From the NCBI GenBank assembly GCA_964252035.1, contig OZ176205.1: a DNA stretch of 64,000 nt. One strand, written 5' to 3'. How positions within the stretch are numbered: position 1 is the stretch's first letter; every line of letters begins with the position of its first letter. The notes beneath the pieces were generated by a model. It did not search any database, was not told where the DNA came from, and saw only the letters and a list, made by a program, of their open reading frames with translations. Below, piece after piece: positions 38,164 through 51,557 of the stretch. The translations under genes were made by a program, and so were the position numbers. This DNA comes from Podarcis erhardii. Lineage: Eukaryota.

Positions 38164-39018
38164 GGCAGCGCCCTCCCCCGCCTCCCTCCTCCCCGCCTCA
38201 AATCAATGAGGGCAGAGGGAGGGAGAGACTTGCCTTCAACACAGGAATTCTGCTCCACAGATTTTCAAATGCTGCCCGTTGCCCCCTCCCAGCTGCCCCC
38301 CTCCCAAATCCAAACCAGCTCCTTTATTTATTATTGCAAGCGGACGCAGCGATGTAGTGGGACAGCTGCAAACTTTGCGGGCGGGGGGGACGGGGACACA
38401 CAGGGTGGACTCTCCAGGATTTGGGGAGAAAAGGGTAAAAACTTTGGGGTTTGCTGTTTTGGTTTTTTAAAAGGCAGGTGGAGAGGACTGATTTATTGAA
38501 AAAGCTTAAATAGGTATAAACAGTGGGAAAAGCCAAAGTGGCACTATCACCGTCATCAAGGGGGGGGGGGCAACACAACACAACTTTTCTTATCCTGTGA
38601 TGGCTTTGTAATGACTTTTTGAGCTGTGTGTGTGTGTGTGATCTAACACACACACACACATGCACACACACCCTTTCCTTCACCAGGACTTGTAAAGCAC
38701 ACAGGGGCAAAATGCCTTTGAACATGTACAGAGTGCTGTAGTCCCAGTCCCTTGCACTGAGAAACCCTGGTTATTCTGCACACCCTGTGGAAAGAGGGAA
38801 TGTCTTCCATGCGAACAGACATGAGTATGAAACTTCCAAACAAAACGGAGCCCCAACACCTGTCGCTTAGAAATTAAGCCATATCACATGGCATAGATTC
38901 TTGAACTCAATACATATTTAGGGGAACAGATACAAATCCAAGAAAACAAATTTATCTTTAAACAACACAAACCAAGGAACTCTTGCTTCCGAAGCATGCA
39001 GGGTTCCTAACGGGGCAA

Positions 39019-39066
<48 letters not shown>
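39019..39066 (+). repeat. (AAT)n microsatellite
   Basis: Read directly from the sequence. Confidence 0.95.
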
Positions 39067-39067
<1 letters not shown>

Positions 39068-41552
39068 GTCAACATCAGAAACAAAACTGTATTTCCATAA
39101 AAATGGAATAACTAATTATTTTGGCCATATGGATGGGCCAAAATATGAGCCAGGGTCCTCCAGACCTTCAAATTATAACCTATTTTCAATGGCTTAGGCT
39201 GCAATCATATAATCCCATATCTAGGAGTATATACTTAAGACATATAGAATTGCACTGCCAGTCTTGGAAATGGGGGAGGAATAATCTCTGAACATGTGCA
39301 AAGTACTCATCATTGAGTAATAATCACTAGCCTTCATACACCTTGGAGCAGTGACAACTTTATCCAGTTTTTTTGGGAGGGGGGAGAGGGGTTGAGGGAA
39401 GGATGGGTTTCTAGTCTGTGTGACATCCAGGCAGGCCTGAAACCCAAGAATTTCATTTTGGAAATTTACTGACAAACTTTCCTTTGACCAAACCCACAAG
39501 AAAGCCAGGAAACACAAAGCCAGCTGCAAAGTCAGTGCTTCACTTTCCACCACTGAGAAACTACAACCAGGCTGGTGGTCCACAAAGGGGCAGGATTGTA
39601 TCACCCCCTACATCATACTCAGAACCTCATACATTTTTTTTCTAAAGTAACCTTGAAATACTCTTCTCTGACACAGAAAAAAAGTGACAGGTTTCAATTA
39701 GCAGGTGATGAGCTCCCAGTAGGTCTGTTTTCTCTCAGCCCCGTAAGATGCCCATTATACCTTCCTTTGCCAGAGAAGGAGGCACCAGCAAAATTCTAGC
39801 TGCAGAACTTGGACTGGAAGAAAACAGACCCACTATGTGGGAGGGACTAATCTGGCTGAGAGATGGCAGCCTGAGTAATCATGTGACTCACTCTGGGCTG
39901 AAGTGAAGGCCTGTACACATGACACATGTACACATGCAGTGAGGTCATTGCATTTCACTGCATTTCCCCCCATGTTTGCATATTGTTGTACTCACAAACG
40001 TGGTTTGATGCATATCTAAGTCGCCCGTTGTATATCTGCACTGGTAGACAGAGACAAGGTGGGACTTTTCTTACCCAATGAGCAAGTCTCAATTTGGATT
40101 GAAGCTGGTTTGGAGGAAAATGCATCAAAACGTATGTATACACAATTTCTGAAACCAGTGGCAGGAGTGTACTGGATGCAGAGTAAATGGGAGTGTGCAT
40201 TAATATGGAGAACCAAAACCAAAGCCAGTAGCGTTTAATTGTACTTCTCCATCCTTCTTTGATGGAGGCACAATCACTGCTGTTCCCATATTAGGAAACA
40301 ATAGATTGCTCCTTTGATGAATATTTGGGAATGTAAATTTTACAGAAGAACTTGGGTGGTAAGGAAGAAGAAACGTATTACATATTGGAGACCGTTTATC
40401 TGGTTTTTTTGTGTTAGGGTTTATGCATGTGTATTACAACGTGAATGCATGTGCATGCTATGTTCTGAGATAAATGTGAGTATTATGTAGTGGCTTTTGT
40501 GGGAGGTATGTCTGGAACTGGACACTGACAAAATTATAAAAGTGAAACATTTTATTTCTTCTGAAGTGATCAAGTGGGAGCTAGAGAAGATTTCAAACTA
40601 GATAGACAGATGTTTAAAAAATCCTATTGGGGGCTTCCTTGGATGGTCAGCCAGACCTGAAACAATACCCACTACCTTTAAAATCCAGTAATCTTCTTCA
40701 CAGTGTTCTACTCTCTCCCTCTCCTTCATCCCTACCCTGCCCTGTGCTCCTACCAACAACCAGGGTGAGGAAAATGCATTATTGACGTAACTCTGTCTTT
40801 ACTATTATCTGTGATAGATAGTTTCATGTTTTTGCTGGAGGGAAAGTTTGTGGAATCCACAATATTTGATTCCGGAACAATTGCCTACCTTCAGCATCCC
40901 CCAAAAGTGGCCTTTTGCCACTATATCCCCCCCTCTGCTCACCCTTTTCTTCACCAAGATCATACATACTCTGAAACATCAGAAAATAAGCAAAAATTAC
41001 AACAGGATTTAAAAGTTTCTGAAAGGCCTCAGTCCCCATTAGCACAGTATTGCTCCTGATCGTTCCTCAGAGGCAATGGGATGCTGACATATTTAAGGCA
41101 GTCGAGGTAATGAGAACAAGCCCTCCGCATAACATCCCACACATTCTGTCTGTCTCTGTGTGCACAGCACCAGCTGAAGGATGACTCTTTCCCACCCACC
41201 CACCCCCACTATATCCTGAAATGCAACTTCCTTACAACTACTAGCTTGCTCGGGTCCCAGTCAGCAATGTAAGTGAGGGCCCTGGTTTTTCCCATCTAAG
41301 AGCAATTCATCTGTCATCTACTGGCTAGTTGCCTATTTGGTATTACTGTTTAACTCTGGGGCTTCTGGGCTTCTTTCACAAAAGCCTAAAAACAAACCTC
41401 CACCGCCTATCCCCTTTTTTGAAACACACATCACCCACAGGAAATGATGAGCCTCCGAGGATGATGGTCTTTGCAGAAATATGGCAGTGGCCAATTTTGC
41501 TCTGTGCTGTTGGCCATGCATCCTGGCTTTCTCTCTGGTGGTGCAGCTAGCG

Positions 41553-41690
41553 CAGGTGTGGGAAACCTTTGGCCCTCCAGATGTTGCTGAACCACAACTC
41601 CCATCAGTCCCAACAAGCCTCATCAGTGGCCAGGAACGATGAGAGTTGTAGTTCAGTAACATCTGGGAGGCCAAAGGTTCACGACACCAG
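41553..41690. mobile_element. Palindromic hAT MITE (ggccctccagatgttgctg...actacaactccc family)
   Basis: Arms are inverted repeats. 8-bp TSD AGCTAGCG/AGCTAGTG (7/8, CpG decay). Confidence 0.85.
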
Positions 41691-42199
41691 AGCTAGTGTC
41701 AAAACCCATCTCCAAGATGACAACCTAGAGAGAAGCAGATGTTGTGAACACTGGCAAACAGGCCTGGCACTAGCACCTGGGCCAGTGTGGGGATGCCAGG
41801 TCTCATAGACTGATGCTGGTCACTGTTTTGGCATAGTGAGGTAGAGAAAGAGAAAGAGAAAAATTAGTTGTGTGCTTCACTATTTAGGGAATATGTACGG
41901 CCATCTAAAGGGTCTAAAAGTACCTGGCTGCTTTCACTGTTTCCATTCTACAGGGACAGCAGCTGGTGCTGCAGGAGGAAGTGTCAGAACTTACATTAAG
42001 CACTTGCAATAATAGTTTGCCCACAAACTCTGGTCCTGAACAGCATTACTTTCCTCTACATAAGGTCTAATTCATGGGCAGTAATTATTTTCTTCTTGAA
42101 TATTTTGGTGTCTGCTCCCCTTCTGGCGCAGTGAATCCCATAGGATCGATCTGGTCTTCCTTCACCTTTCTGCTCTAGTGGTTGGCCCTTTTTTAACAA

Positions 42200-42330
42200 A
42201 AGGGATAGGAACCGTTGGCCCTCCAGATATTATTGGATTCCCACCAGCCCCAAGCAGCACAGCCAATGGTCAGGGATGATGAGTATTGGAGTCCAACAAC
42301 ATCAGGAGGACGGCAGGTTCCTAATCCTTG
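42200..42330. mobile_element. Second, more decayed copy of the same palindromic MITE
   Basis: ggaaccgttggccctccagat...gagtccaacaacatcaggagga...ggttcct; similar to 41553-41690. No clear TSD. Confidence 0.7.
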
Positions 42331-43385
42331 CCAGACTGTTAAACAGTGAAGAGCAGTACCACTTGTCCTGCTTCCCTTCCCTTCCCTTTGATGAGTGTGT
42401 ATACAGAATAGTATCATGCCATCTTATTGTCTCCTTTTCAGAAGCTACAAGCTCATACCGGTTCTTTTTGTAAGTCTTTACAGCTTCCGTTTCTGAGCAC
42501 ACATCTTCCCCAATCCCTCATACAGCTTCACAACCATCATTTGGTCTCAATATTCAGGGGGGTTTCATTTCTCTCACCAGCAAAGGCCTGGCTTCGAAGA
42601 GGCCTTTCCTCTCACTTCATGATCCCAGTTCTGCTTTATCTGAATTAATGTTCACTGGACATCAGTGGTGGCTGGAACCCATCGGAGCTGGTGGGACTGC
42701 TGAATGCCTTCTGCAATGTGATGGAAAAAATATGTGAAACGCTGTGATGAAAGCTACCACTTGCATATCTAACGTTAAACACTAATCCTAGAGAGGACTA
42801 TAATAACTGCAACAGCTTCATGGCTCCACTAACTCAGTTGGTCAATGAGAAGGACCCAGAACACAAAAAGGAGCGAGAACCCCCCTAGTGGACAATGGTG
42901 GGATAAGCTGCCACAGAATGTAAATTTGGTGTTATTCTCCCTCCCTCCCCTTGCATAAATTAATGGCAAATTGCCAAGGGAAGTCTGTACTGCACAGCCA
43001 CTGAAAGTTTTCAGAATATGATATGCTGATAAATTCTGACAATGAGAAGGAATGAACTGAAATTGATAAATGCTGAGATTTCAGAGAACAGCTCTATATT
43101 TTCAGAGGGGTACCTGCGTTAATCTGCTGCTGCAAAAACAAAAAAGCATTGTAGCACCTTAAAGACTAAAGGCTTGTCCACACTTCCTCTGGTCCCACTG
43201 CTCCCCCCCCCCACCCCCGGGGAAACCGCTCTTTAATGCTCAATTGAAGCAAATGTCAATTTGGGTTTTCCCTAGACTGCCACTTGTTCCAATCTTTCGC
43301 CAAAGAGTGAGTTTTCCCTTGGAAAGGCGTGGGACAAGGGGGAAACCATTTGGACCTGTGCCTAGAAAGCCTGGGTCAAGCAGAA

Positions 43386-43701
43386 AACCACTCAGACCCA
43401 TGCTTTCTAGGCACAACACAAATGGAAGTGTGGGCGAGCCCTAACACATCCCATCAACTACAGCCAAGCCCTGTAACACAGCTGCACCTCTTCTGACCCA
43501 CTGGACGGAGATGCACAATTCCAGCCATTTATTACATTGCAATAACCACTCAGACCCATGCTTTCTAGGCACAACAGAAATGGAAGTGTGGGCGAGCCCT
43601 AACACATCCCATCAACTACAGCCAAGCCCTGTAACACAGCTGCACCTCTTCTGACCCATTGGACGGAGATGCACAATTCCAGCCATTTATTACATTGCAA
43701 T
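43386..43701 (+). repeat. Direct tandem duplication, 2 x 158 bp
   Basis: 43386-43543 and 43544-43701 are identical except for two substitutions (cacaaat/cagaaat, ccactgg/ccattgg). Confidence 0.95.
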
Positions 43702-43789
43702 ATCTACCAAATGAAGTGAAATGGTATCCAGGAATAATATGCTACAGGAGAACACCATTGTCAGCCACCTTGGTAAAAATCACTGTAAG

Positions 43790-44245
43790 CTATAATCAAG
43801 GATTACCATCAGCCCGATGAAAACCAACATTCTGGGTTAGGACATCACCAGCATGCCACGCATCAGCCTGGGTGACCACATGCCTGAGGTGGTAGATGAT
43901 TTTTTATCTCCCCGGGCTTTACCACAACCAGCAGCTTCACCACCAATGCTGAGCTGGACAAGCATTTTGGGAAGGCAGCTATGGCAATGGCTCGTTTCTC
44001 CAAAAAGGTAAGGGAGACTGTGATGCTAATGACCAATACCAAGATGAAGGTCTACCAGGCATGAGTGTTGAGCATGTTGCTTTATGGAAGTGAGTCGTGG
44101 GCAAGTTACACCCGCCAGGAGTGACCCCTAAACGCCTTCCGTATGTACTGCATCAGGAAGATTTTGGACATTGCATGGAAGGACAGAGTCTCAAACAAAT
44201 ATTTGCTCTCTCAAGCCCACATTCCCAGCATGTTTGCACTTCCAC
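43790..44245 (+). mobile_element. RTE-clade (BovB-related) LINE relic, region C-terminal to the RT domain, with stops and frameshift
   Basis: Translates to TKMKVYQA*VLSMLLYGSESWASYTRQE*PLNAFRMYCIRKILDIAWKDRVSNKYLLSQAHIPSM. LLYGSESW and ILxIxWxDRVxN are RTE hallmarks. Confidence 0.85.
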
Positions 44246-44806
44246 AGACATGACCAACCAGCCCTTGTCATTGTGAGTCCTTGTTTGCCTCTGTATGTGG
44301 GCACTGTAATCGACACAATCTCTGATGGGATGTTTTAAGTGTGTCCGTTCCTCCACCCTCCATTGTTTTTTAATTGAACATGTTTTCCCTCTCCTCTCCC
44401 ATGCCTGTATTAGATTTGGTTGCTACTCCACCCCATTTAAAAGCAGTATGGGCACTTTTAATAAAAGTTAGCACCTGCAGTAAGGCCCATTGTGTTGAAT
44501 GTGACTCACTCCCAGGTAAGTGTGTATGTATGGAATTGCAAACTTAGGCTTACTAGTGAGGAAGCCCCATTAGACACTGTGAGATTTAGGTCCAATTAAG
44601 TATACACACATTGTAAAGACACAGTCCTGCACCTATAGAAGTAAAAACTTCTGCTGACTCTAAAGAAGGAGGTTTGTAGCACAATACACTTTGGGGCTAC
44701 CATAATATGCACACTTACCTGAGACATACTTCTGAGTTAAAATCTGTAGAATAGTGCTTCTTATTGGCTACAGTCTCGAAAAAACAAAGCTCACCAACTA
44801 TCAGAC

Positions 44807-44868
44807 CCTTCCTTCCTTCCTTCCTTCCTTCCTTCCTTCCTTCCTTCCTTCCTTCCTTCCTTCCTTCC
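44807..44868 (+). repeat. (CCTT)n microsatellite
   Basis: Read directly from the sequence. Confidence 0.95.
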
Positions 44869-44982
44869 AACATCTACAGGAGAAGGGTACCCTGTCCCAT
44901 CACTATTGCACCCTAGATTGCACAATCTTTGCATTCTATCATTAGACCAGTGTTTTCCAACCTTTTTCTAACCGTGGTCCCC

Positions 44983-45111
44983 CATGGGCGTAGCCAAGGG
45001 GGGCAGGGGGCAGCTGTGCCCCACAAATAAGTAAAAATCAATACAAATCTGAGGTTCTGCCCCCCCAACAAAAGCCTGCCCCCCTTAACAAAAATCCTGG
45101 CTACATCCATG
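44983..45111. mobile_element. Short MITE with CATGGGCGTAGCCA-type TIRs
   Basis: Left catgggcgtagccaagg, right cctggctacatccatg. TSD not resolved. Confidence 0.7.
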
Positions 45112-45242
45112 CCCCCCTCCTACTGGTCGAAAGGTATCTATTTAAATGTTTTGTTTATAATTTTTATAATTTATACAGAATACAATTACATAAAATGATA
45201 GGAACATAATGAAATATTGTTGAAGCAGAAAAACAGAGACTA

Positions 45243-45400
45243 ATAGAGCTGGAAGGGACCCCAAGGATCATGTTTCTAGCCCAACCCCCTGCAATGTAGG
45301 AAACTCAGCTAAAGCATCCATGACAGATGGCCAGCCAACCTCTGCTTAGAAACCTCCAAGGAAGGAGAGTCCAGAACCTACAGAGGCAGATCCATCTTCC
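45243..45400 (-). mobile_element. CR1 LINE 3' end fragment
   Basis: tagagctggaagggacccc...caaccccctgcaat...aacctctgctt...aacctccaaggaaggagagtcc is the reverse complement of the typical squamate CR1 3' region. Confidence 0.8.
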
Positions 45401-48400
45401 ATGTATTATAAAAAATAAACAACACTTATTTGACCCCAGTTATTTGACACAGAGGTGGAAACCCACAGATACAGTCCAAAAAGTATATAGGAAGTTCTGT
45501 ATATATGGGATTTATTTATTTTTTTAAAGCAAGTGGTCTTCACTGACCTGGTGCAAAAAGATCTTGTCATGCGGAGGAGCCCTGGCTGCCTAGATAAAAC
45601 ACTATAGTCTCACACACCCTTACCTGGGAGTAAGGCCCACTAAACACAGTGTGGCTTTCTTTTGAGTAGACTCTTAGTTATTTACTAGATGCAAGTCTGC
45701 AGCCCCAGATGGCTAGGTGCTGGGGTGGATTGCACCCTGCACATTGCAGAGTCAGGCCCAGGCTGCTACTGGGCCCAGCACTGGCGGCAGCAACAAGCAG
45801 CTCGCCCAGTCCTACCCACTGCCACCCCACCACTGCACTTACCTGACCTGGGGGTTCTGGTTTGTGGGCTCTGCTGGTCAAAAAGGGAGCCTCAGTGATC
45901 ATCCTCTCCCACTGGAAACAAACCAGGACTGCTCCAAGGAAACCCAGGTGGCAAAAAGGAGTGCTAGCCCTTGGTGGGCCACCCCCTTACCCGCTTGTGA
46001 TTGGCCAAGCAGATAGCCATCCAATCAGAATTTTCCCCCTTCACTTCTCACTTCCCTCAGTGGTCCCCAAGCCTTGTGTTGTGGGCCCCCCATTTACAAG
46101 ATTTTAACCTGTGGCTCCCTTGGAATATTATTGGGGGGGCCCAGGGGGCCATATAGTCCCCGGTTGGAAAACAATGTGTTAGATAACTATTTGAGTAATA
46201 TGTGACAAAAGTTCAGATCTGGAAAACGCTGGAGAGCTCCCAGGGCAATGCATAGCTAGAGGGCGTCTGGACAACATTTTGTATGAGGCAGAAGTGTCAC
46301 CAAGGGAAGTGGTGCCCTTACAAGCTCATCCTATAGGTGGATCACAAAGACCTGGTTTCTCTCTCCACCCACACACCTTAGTATTTGGTTGGGTTGGTTA
46401 GGAATGGCTTGCCCAGCATCATACTTACTGGTATATGAAATCCAGACCCTGAGAGGGCTCCTGTATCTTTAAGAGTTGCAAAGAAGGGGACACTCCACTA
46501 TATGCATATGCGCAGCTTCCTGTTATCACTGCAGCACTGTGAACAGAAAAGGTGCAGTGGATTAAAGTACTTCTTACATTCTTCTTTTAGAATCCTAAAG
46601 GAGCCTCTCAGTGCTCAGGCCTGGCAAAACCTAGCAGGCATTAATGCTACAGTAGGAAGATTCCCACCCCCCTCATAGGCCCTAGAGGAACCTGCCATAG
46701 AGGGCAGAGCTTTTGTACCTTTAGGATTTATGCAGGGAAGGTAGAAATGCAACTTGCCCCCACTAATATTAAGCCATATATGAGGTGCAGGTTTAAAATT
46801 CAACAGAAGCAGCAAGAAAAACAGTAGCCAATTGCAAGTTAACGAAATACTGCTGAACTAAGGAAACGTGAAAGAAAAGAATAAATTAAAGGTGAGCAAT
46901 AAAGAATAGCTTACATGAACATAACCCCCCAAAAAGGACATTTAGAACTCAGTTTCAGTGGGGGCTTGTATCTCCCATATCATGCATTAAGTGGGACTTT
47001 GTTCTTCTGTGACTGCATGCTGCTGGGAGAACTTCTATTAATGTAGATGGTCTAGAGATGCATTATTATAGTTCTAGCCCTGGAAGCTGAGTAGGTGGAG
47101 ATGGATGGAGGACTGCTAGAGCATTTTCAGCATTTTCCTGAAATAACCAATATAGGCTCAATATAGAGTTTGGGCTACAGGTATATTTTTGACAGCTTCC
47201 CAGGAAGAGATCCCTGGCCTGTCTAAGGAGCCAGAGAAGGTGAGAGACATTTCTTCAGCTGTGATTGCAAGGGAGGGTCACAATGCTTGTGTGTCTGTGC
47301 ACGTGAGGAACAAGGCACAGACAAATGCGGGCTGTTCCAGCCCTGCAAAACAGGGATGACTTGATGGGTAGCGAGGGAAGGGGGGGGGCAGGCACTTGGG
47401 AAGGAATCAATATATATCAGTGGGGGGAAGCAGAGGTGGGGGCAGGCAAAGAGAAAACAAACCTGCACTCATCCTTTGGGGGTTTATTTCACATCCTGCT
47501 TTGCCTACCCAGTGTACATTAGTGCAGGACTTGGTGACATAACCGCCACTGCCACCTTGGGAGACAGAGGGCCTCGCCACCCACCGCCAGCCGCAGGATT
47601 AATTATGATAATGTATTTCTTTCCCCTTTTGTCACCCTAATGAATGGGCCCCTTTAAGATTTTAAGGCCTTTTGTTTGTCCAGTTTTTAAGGCGGTATTG
47701 TAGGGTAGGGGATAGCAGGTGGCATGGCCAAAACAGGCTCTTTTGTCTTCTTTGGGGGCTTTTCTTTTCCTGTGGTGGATTTGTGCAAGGGGGGGGGGGT
47801 AGCCTGGTTGAAGATGCAGAGAGGCAGAGTAGAGACACTCCTCAGTCAGTTTCACTGCACTGATAGTGATAGGAGAGAAACTTCCTTGCTTGGGGAGGGG
47901 AGTTTCAGAGAGAACCCCCCTCTCTCTTTCTTTCTTTCCCACCTCACACACCTCACATGGAATGGGACCCATCCTGTATCCTCCAGATCACTCCCAAATT
48001 CCCAATCTGTATTCTCTATCCTGCATCCACATGTGAGCAGGTCTAGACAAATCACTGCAAGCAGATCTCCCAAATCAAAATGTCAGTGTCTGTTCTATCA
48101 ACTGCTACAAAGAGCAGAGCAATCCAAAATTCGGGGTGTCGTCCAGAGATGATGGAGCAATAATGTCCCTTGATTCTGCACCGCTTCCAATGTTTCAGAA
48201 TGGAGTTGTGCTAGTCATGCTTCTTGAGGCTTCTCATGATTTGCAATACATCTTAAAATATGACATACACCTGCAAAACTATTTTGTCCCAATACTGTGG
48301 TGAGGAAATTGACCATGTGTATTGCAGGGAGCTACAGTTTAGGAATATCACCTCTGAGTCCCTAAAAGGGCTGCTTTCTGTACTCAGCAGGACATGGTTT

Positions 48401-50144
48401 CTTCAGTGTTTTAAATATTAGGAAGCACATGAAGGATGCTTGATCATTTTATGCAAGAACAGGCAAAGAACTTCTAATGAAACTGGCACTACTATAGAGA
48501 GTTAATGGTCTCTCTGGCGTACAAAGTGCCACACCCTTTTGGAAAAGGATGCCAAATAATGTCCCACAGAAACAATGGGGGGGGGGCTGTGTGTTAAATG
48601 TTTTCATTGTGATTTGGATGAGCACACTGTGAGCATGTTTATAAAATCTGAAGACAGAGTGATATTTGGAGGGATCTCAAACATTTCAAAAAACAGATCA
48701 ACTTGATAAATTTGAGTACTAGGCAGAGAGTAGCAACATAAAACTGGACAAGATGGACTTTGTTGGAGTTTTCCAAACTGGGGGTTTGGGCCAGTTAATC
48801 TTTAATGCCCTTTACTTAGTGGCACCAGCATAAACTGGATATGGGGGAGGGCATTCATAGCTGAAATAGCAGGGGTAGGGAAGGCTGGGGTTGATGAACT
48901 CCATCTGGATTTGGTATGTCTTAGAGGAACGAGGTTCAGTCACCCTTTAGCACAGATAGCTTTGTTGGTCTGAATAACCCTTTTCTAAATAATTTCCAGC
49001 CTTTAAGTAAGGTTTTACCCTGACCAAGAGTGGCAGCCTGATCCTCTTAAGCTCTGATTGTATAAAGGTGACAGGCAAAAAAGGGGAAAAAAGCTGGCCC
49101 AATACTAACTTATGCTCTCTCTTTTTGTGCATATTTATAAATACATCTCCTTTCACTGCACTAAGTCCAGATGTCCAACATTCTGAATCTGGCAATGAAA
49201 TGGTGGGAAAGGTGATGCCAGATGGGTTAAGAAGGACTTGTGGTTGCACGGCTTCTGGAAGGAGCCCAGGATCTGTCAGGACCAGTGAGATTAGTGCTTT
49301 TATTGATCCAACCTGCATGGTAAGGATATGGCTGTAAGCAGGCATGAAACTGGTAAGGACACAGAAGCACCTCATCCATTTGGGGGCATCTTGCATTCTC
49401 TGGGACTCAGAAAGTAACAACTCTTACAAGATGCAGAAATCTACCCGGCTGCCAGAATGATTACATTAATGCAACATTCAGCTTGGAAGCCCCAAAGAAG
49501 AATCTGTAGCGCAGAAAGGGTTTGTAGGGGAGATTATAAACAGGTAATGGGGCACACAAGGCAGCAGCACCACTGCTCAATACATGATTAGAGGCTTGGC
49601 CTTTCTAGTTCTTTCTTCTTCTTCATGGCTTTCTCAACAGAGAAATAGAATCACGGAGGAGGGAATGGGATGCATCCCTGTAGTCCCTTTCATACCAAGT
49701 CCTGTTTGCGAGGGAGGAAATTGCAATTCAGAAGCACCGTTGAAAATGTAAGAAAGCACCTTCTGCAGGCACAGAGGTCAGACGTCTGAGCGAACGCCTT
49801 GAAACTTGGGTGGGCTCTGCCTCTGCCTGGTGAGGCGAGAGCAAAGCTTTTATCTTGTCCCTGCTCTTCCCTTCTCACTCCTCCTCTCCTCACACCCCAA
49901 AATCTGCATGAGAGAAACAATAGAGGCGCAGTTCTTTGCAGTAGGGCATTGAACTGAGGAGGGGGAGGAGAAGGGGAGGGAGAGGACAGCAGGAGCAGGG
50001 AACTCGCCCACTCACAGTCCCAGCACACAGCAGTCGGTCCAACCTGCTTTGCACAGACATACACGCCTCAAGCATGGATGCATGTACCCTTCAGGCATGC
50101 ACACACATTGCCCTCCAGACATCTATTGACTGGTACATGCATGC

Positions 50145-50148
<4 letters not shown>

Positions 50149-50179
<31 letters not shown>
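50149..50179 (+). repeat. (CA)n microsatellite
   Basis: Read directly from the sequence. Confidence 0.95.
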
Positions 50180-50183
<4 letters not shown>

Positions 50184-51204
50184 TGGCAGGGGGAATGCAA
50201 GGTCTCTAGATTTCTCTCTTAGAATCAGAGGCCAATTCAGCAGTGGCTGTTCCATTAAGGCAAATGGGGGCACTTCCCCACCAACCTCAGTGAGCTATCA
50301 GTCAGCTCCCACCTGCCTGCCTTCTTACCTTCAACCAGCCCAGAGAGCAGCCTTGGATGTCAGCTTCCTCTTCCTTAATCTCAGTGTTGCCTTTGTAAAA
50401 CTCAGCAGGGAAGAGGATGGGGACAAAACTAGAATGAGTTGGCTCTGCCTGTTGTTGGCTATGGCGCCACCTACTGTCAATCTCCCTGCCATCTGCCCTG
50501 CCAGTCCCCGTGGACACCAGCCGCCATCAGGGACCATTGACTGTGTCATATGCTCCACATTCAGTAAGACTGTCAGACTGCAGAGACCAATAGAGCCCTT
50601 TAAAGGAGGAAATTTGCCGTGTAAGACATAAAACATGGCCTTTCCAGAGCCATCCTAGTGTAGCTCATTTTGCCTGCTTAGATCCTAGCATGGAATTCTG
50701 AGTTTATTTTACTTATTTATTAAATATTTGTATCTCACCCTTGCAACAACACAGGGTCCTCAGATAAGCTTAAATAGATTTAAGAACATGATAAAACATT
50801 ATAAAGTTGCTGTTTTTTAAAAAAATGGATTAATATTCAAGAGGTATGGGCACAAAAACACAACACTTGCTGGACAATATTGAAAACGTTGGCAGTACCA
50901 TGAAACAAAACTATTTAAACTTGACATCTGAACACACTCAAAGAGGTAAAGTGAGGCAAATATTCTGGGGCAGTGGCTAGAGTGGGTGCTGATGATGAGA
51001 AGGCCTGGTTATGCATTCCCATCCTCACAGGGCATAGAAGGGCCTCTCCCATTGCCCTCAGGGTGTAGATAGATGCATACAAAGGAATTGGTCTAGACAT
51101 CACTGGTTGTGATAATATATTTAGTGGCAAGAAGAGCAAAATGTTGCAATAGTCTGAGGGAAAATATGGAAAGTGTTGTATGATACATACAGAAACATAG
51201 AAAA

Positions 51205-51425
51205 CCAGTGTGGTATAGTGGTTACAGTGTCAGGCTAGGGTTTGGAAGACCAGAGTTCAAATCCTCACTCAGCCATGAAGCTCACAAAGTGACCTTGGGT
51301 CATTCACTGCCTCTCAGCCTAACCTACCTCATAGGGTTGTTGTGAGGATAAAATGAGAAGGGGAAGAACTATTAAGCTCCTGGCAGGAAAGGTGGGATAT
51401 AAATGTAATAATAATAGTAATAATA
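51205..51425 (+). mobile_element. tRNA-derived squamate SINE (Squam3-like)
   Basis: Box A tggtatagtgg, box B gagttcaaatcc, body cagcctaacctacctc...gttgttgtgagg, AAT-rich tail. Confidence 0.75.
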
Positions 51426-51427
51426 TT

Positions 51428-51520
51428 GAGCTCCATGCTGGGCAAAAGATTTCTGCATTGCAAGGGGTTGGACTAGATGATCCTTGTGGTGCCTTCCAGC
51501 TCTATAATTCTATGATTCTA
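51428..51520 (+). mobile_element. 5'-truncated tRNA SINE with CR1-type tail
   Basis: gggcaaaagatttctgcattgcaaggggttggactagatga...ttctatgattct; same family as 62786-62928. Confidence 0.7.
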
Positions 51521-51557
51521 ACAAAAAGATGTATTGAACCTAGTAGATATTTACTAG

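Larger units (their letters stand above)
36990..38200. promoter_or_regulatory. CpG island spanning the PTCH2 promoter, 5' UTR, exon 1 and part of intron 1
   Basis: Very GC-rich with abundant CpG against a CpG-depleted background. Boundaries estimated by eye. Confidence 0.85.
44948..46176. mobile_element. Possible 1.2-kb non-autonomous hAT element containing nested insertions
   Basis: TIRs CAGTGTTTTCCAACC and GGTTGGAAAACAATG (14/15). Candidate 8-bp TSD CATTAGAC/TGTTAGAT (5/8). Confidence 0.5.

Noticed and set aside
42877-42893. CTCF-like CCACTAGGGGG on the minus strand
   Set aside because: Lacks the downstream GC[AG]C part of the motif; too weak without ChIP data.
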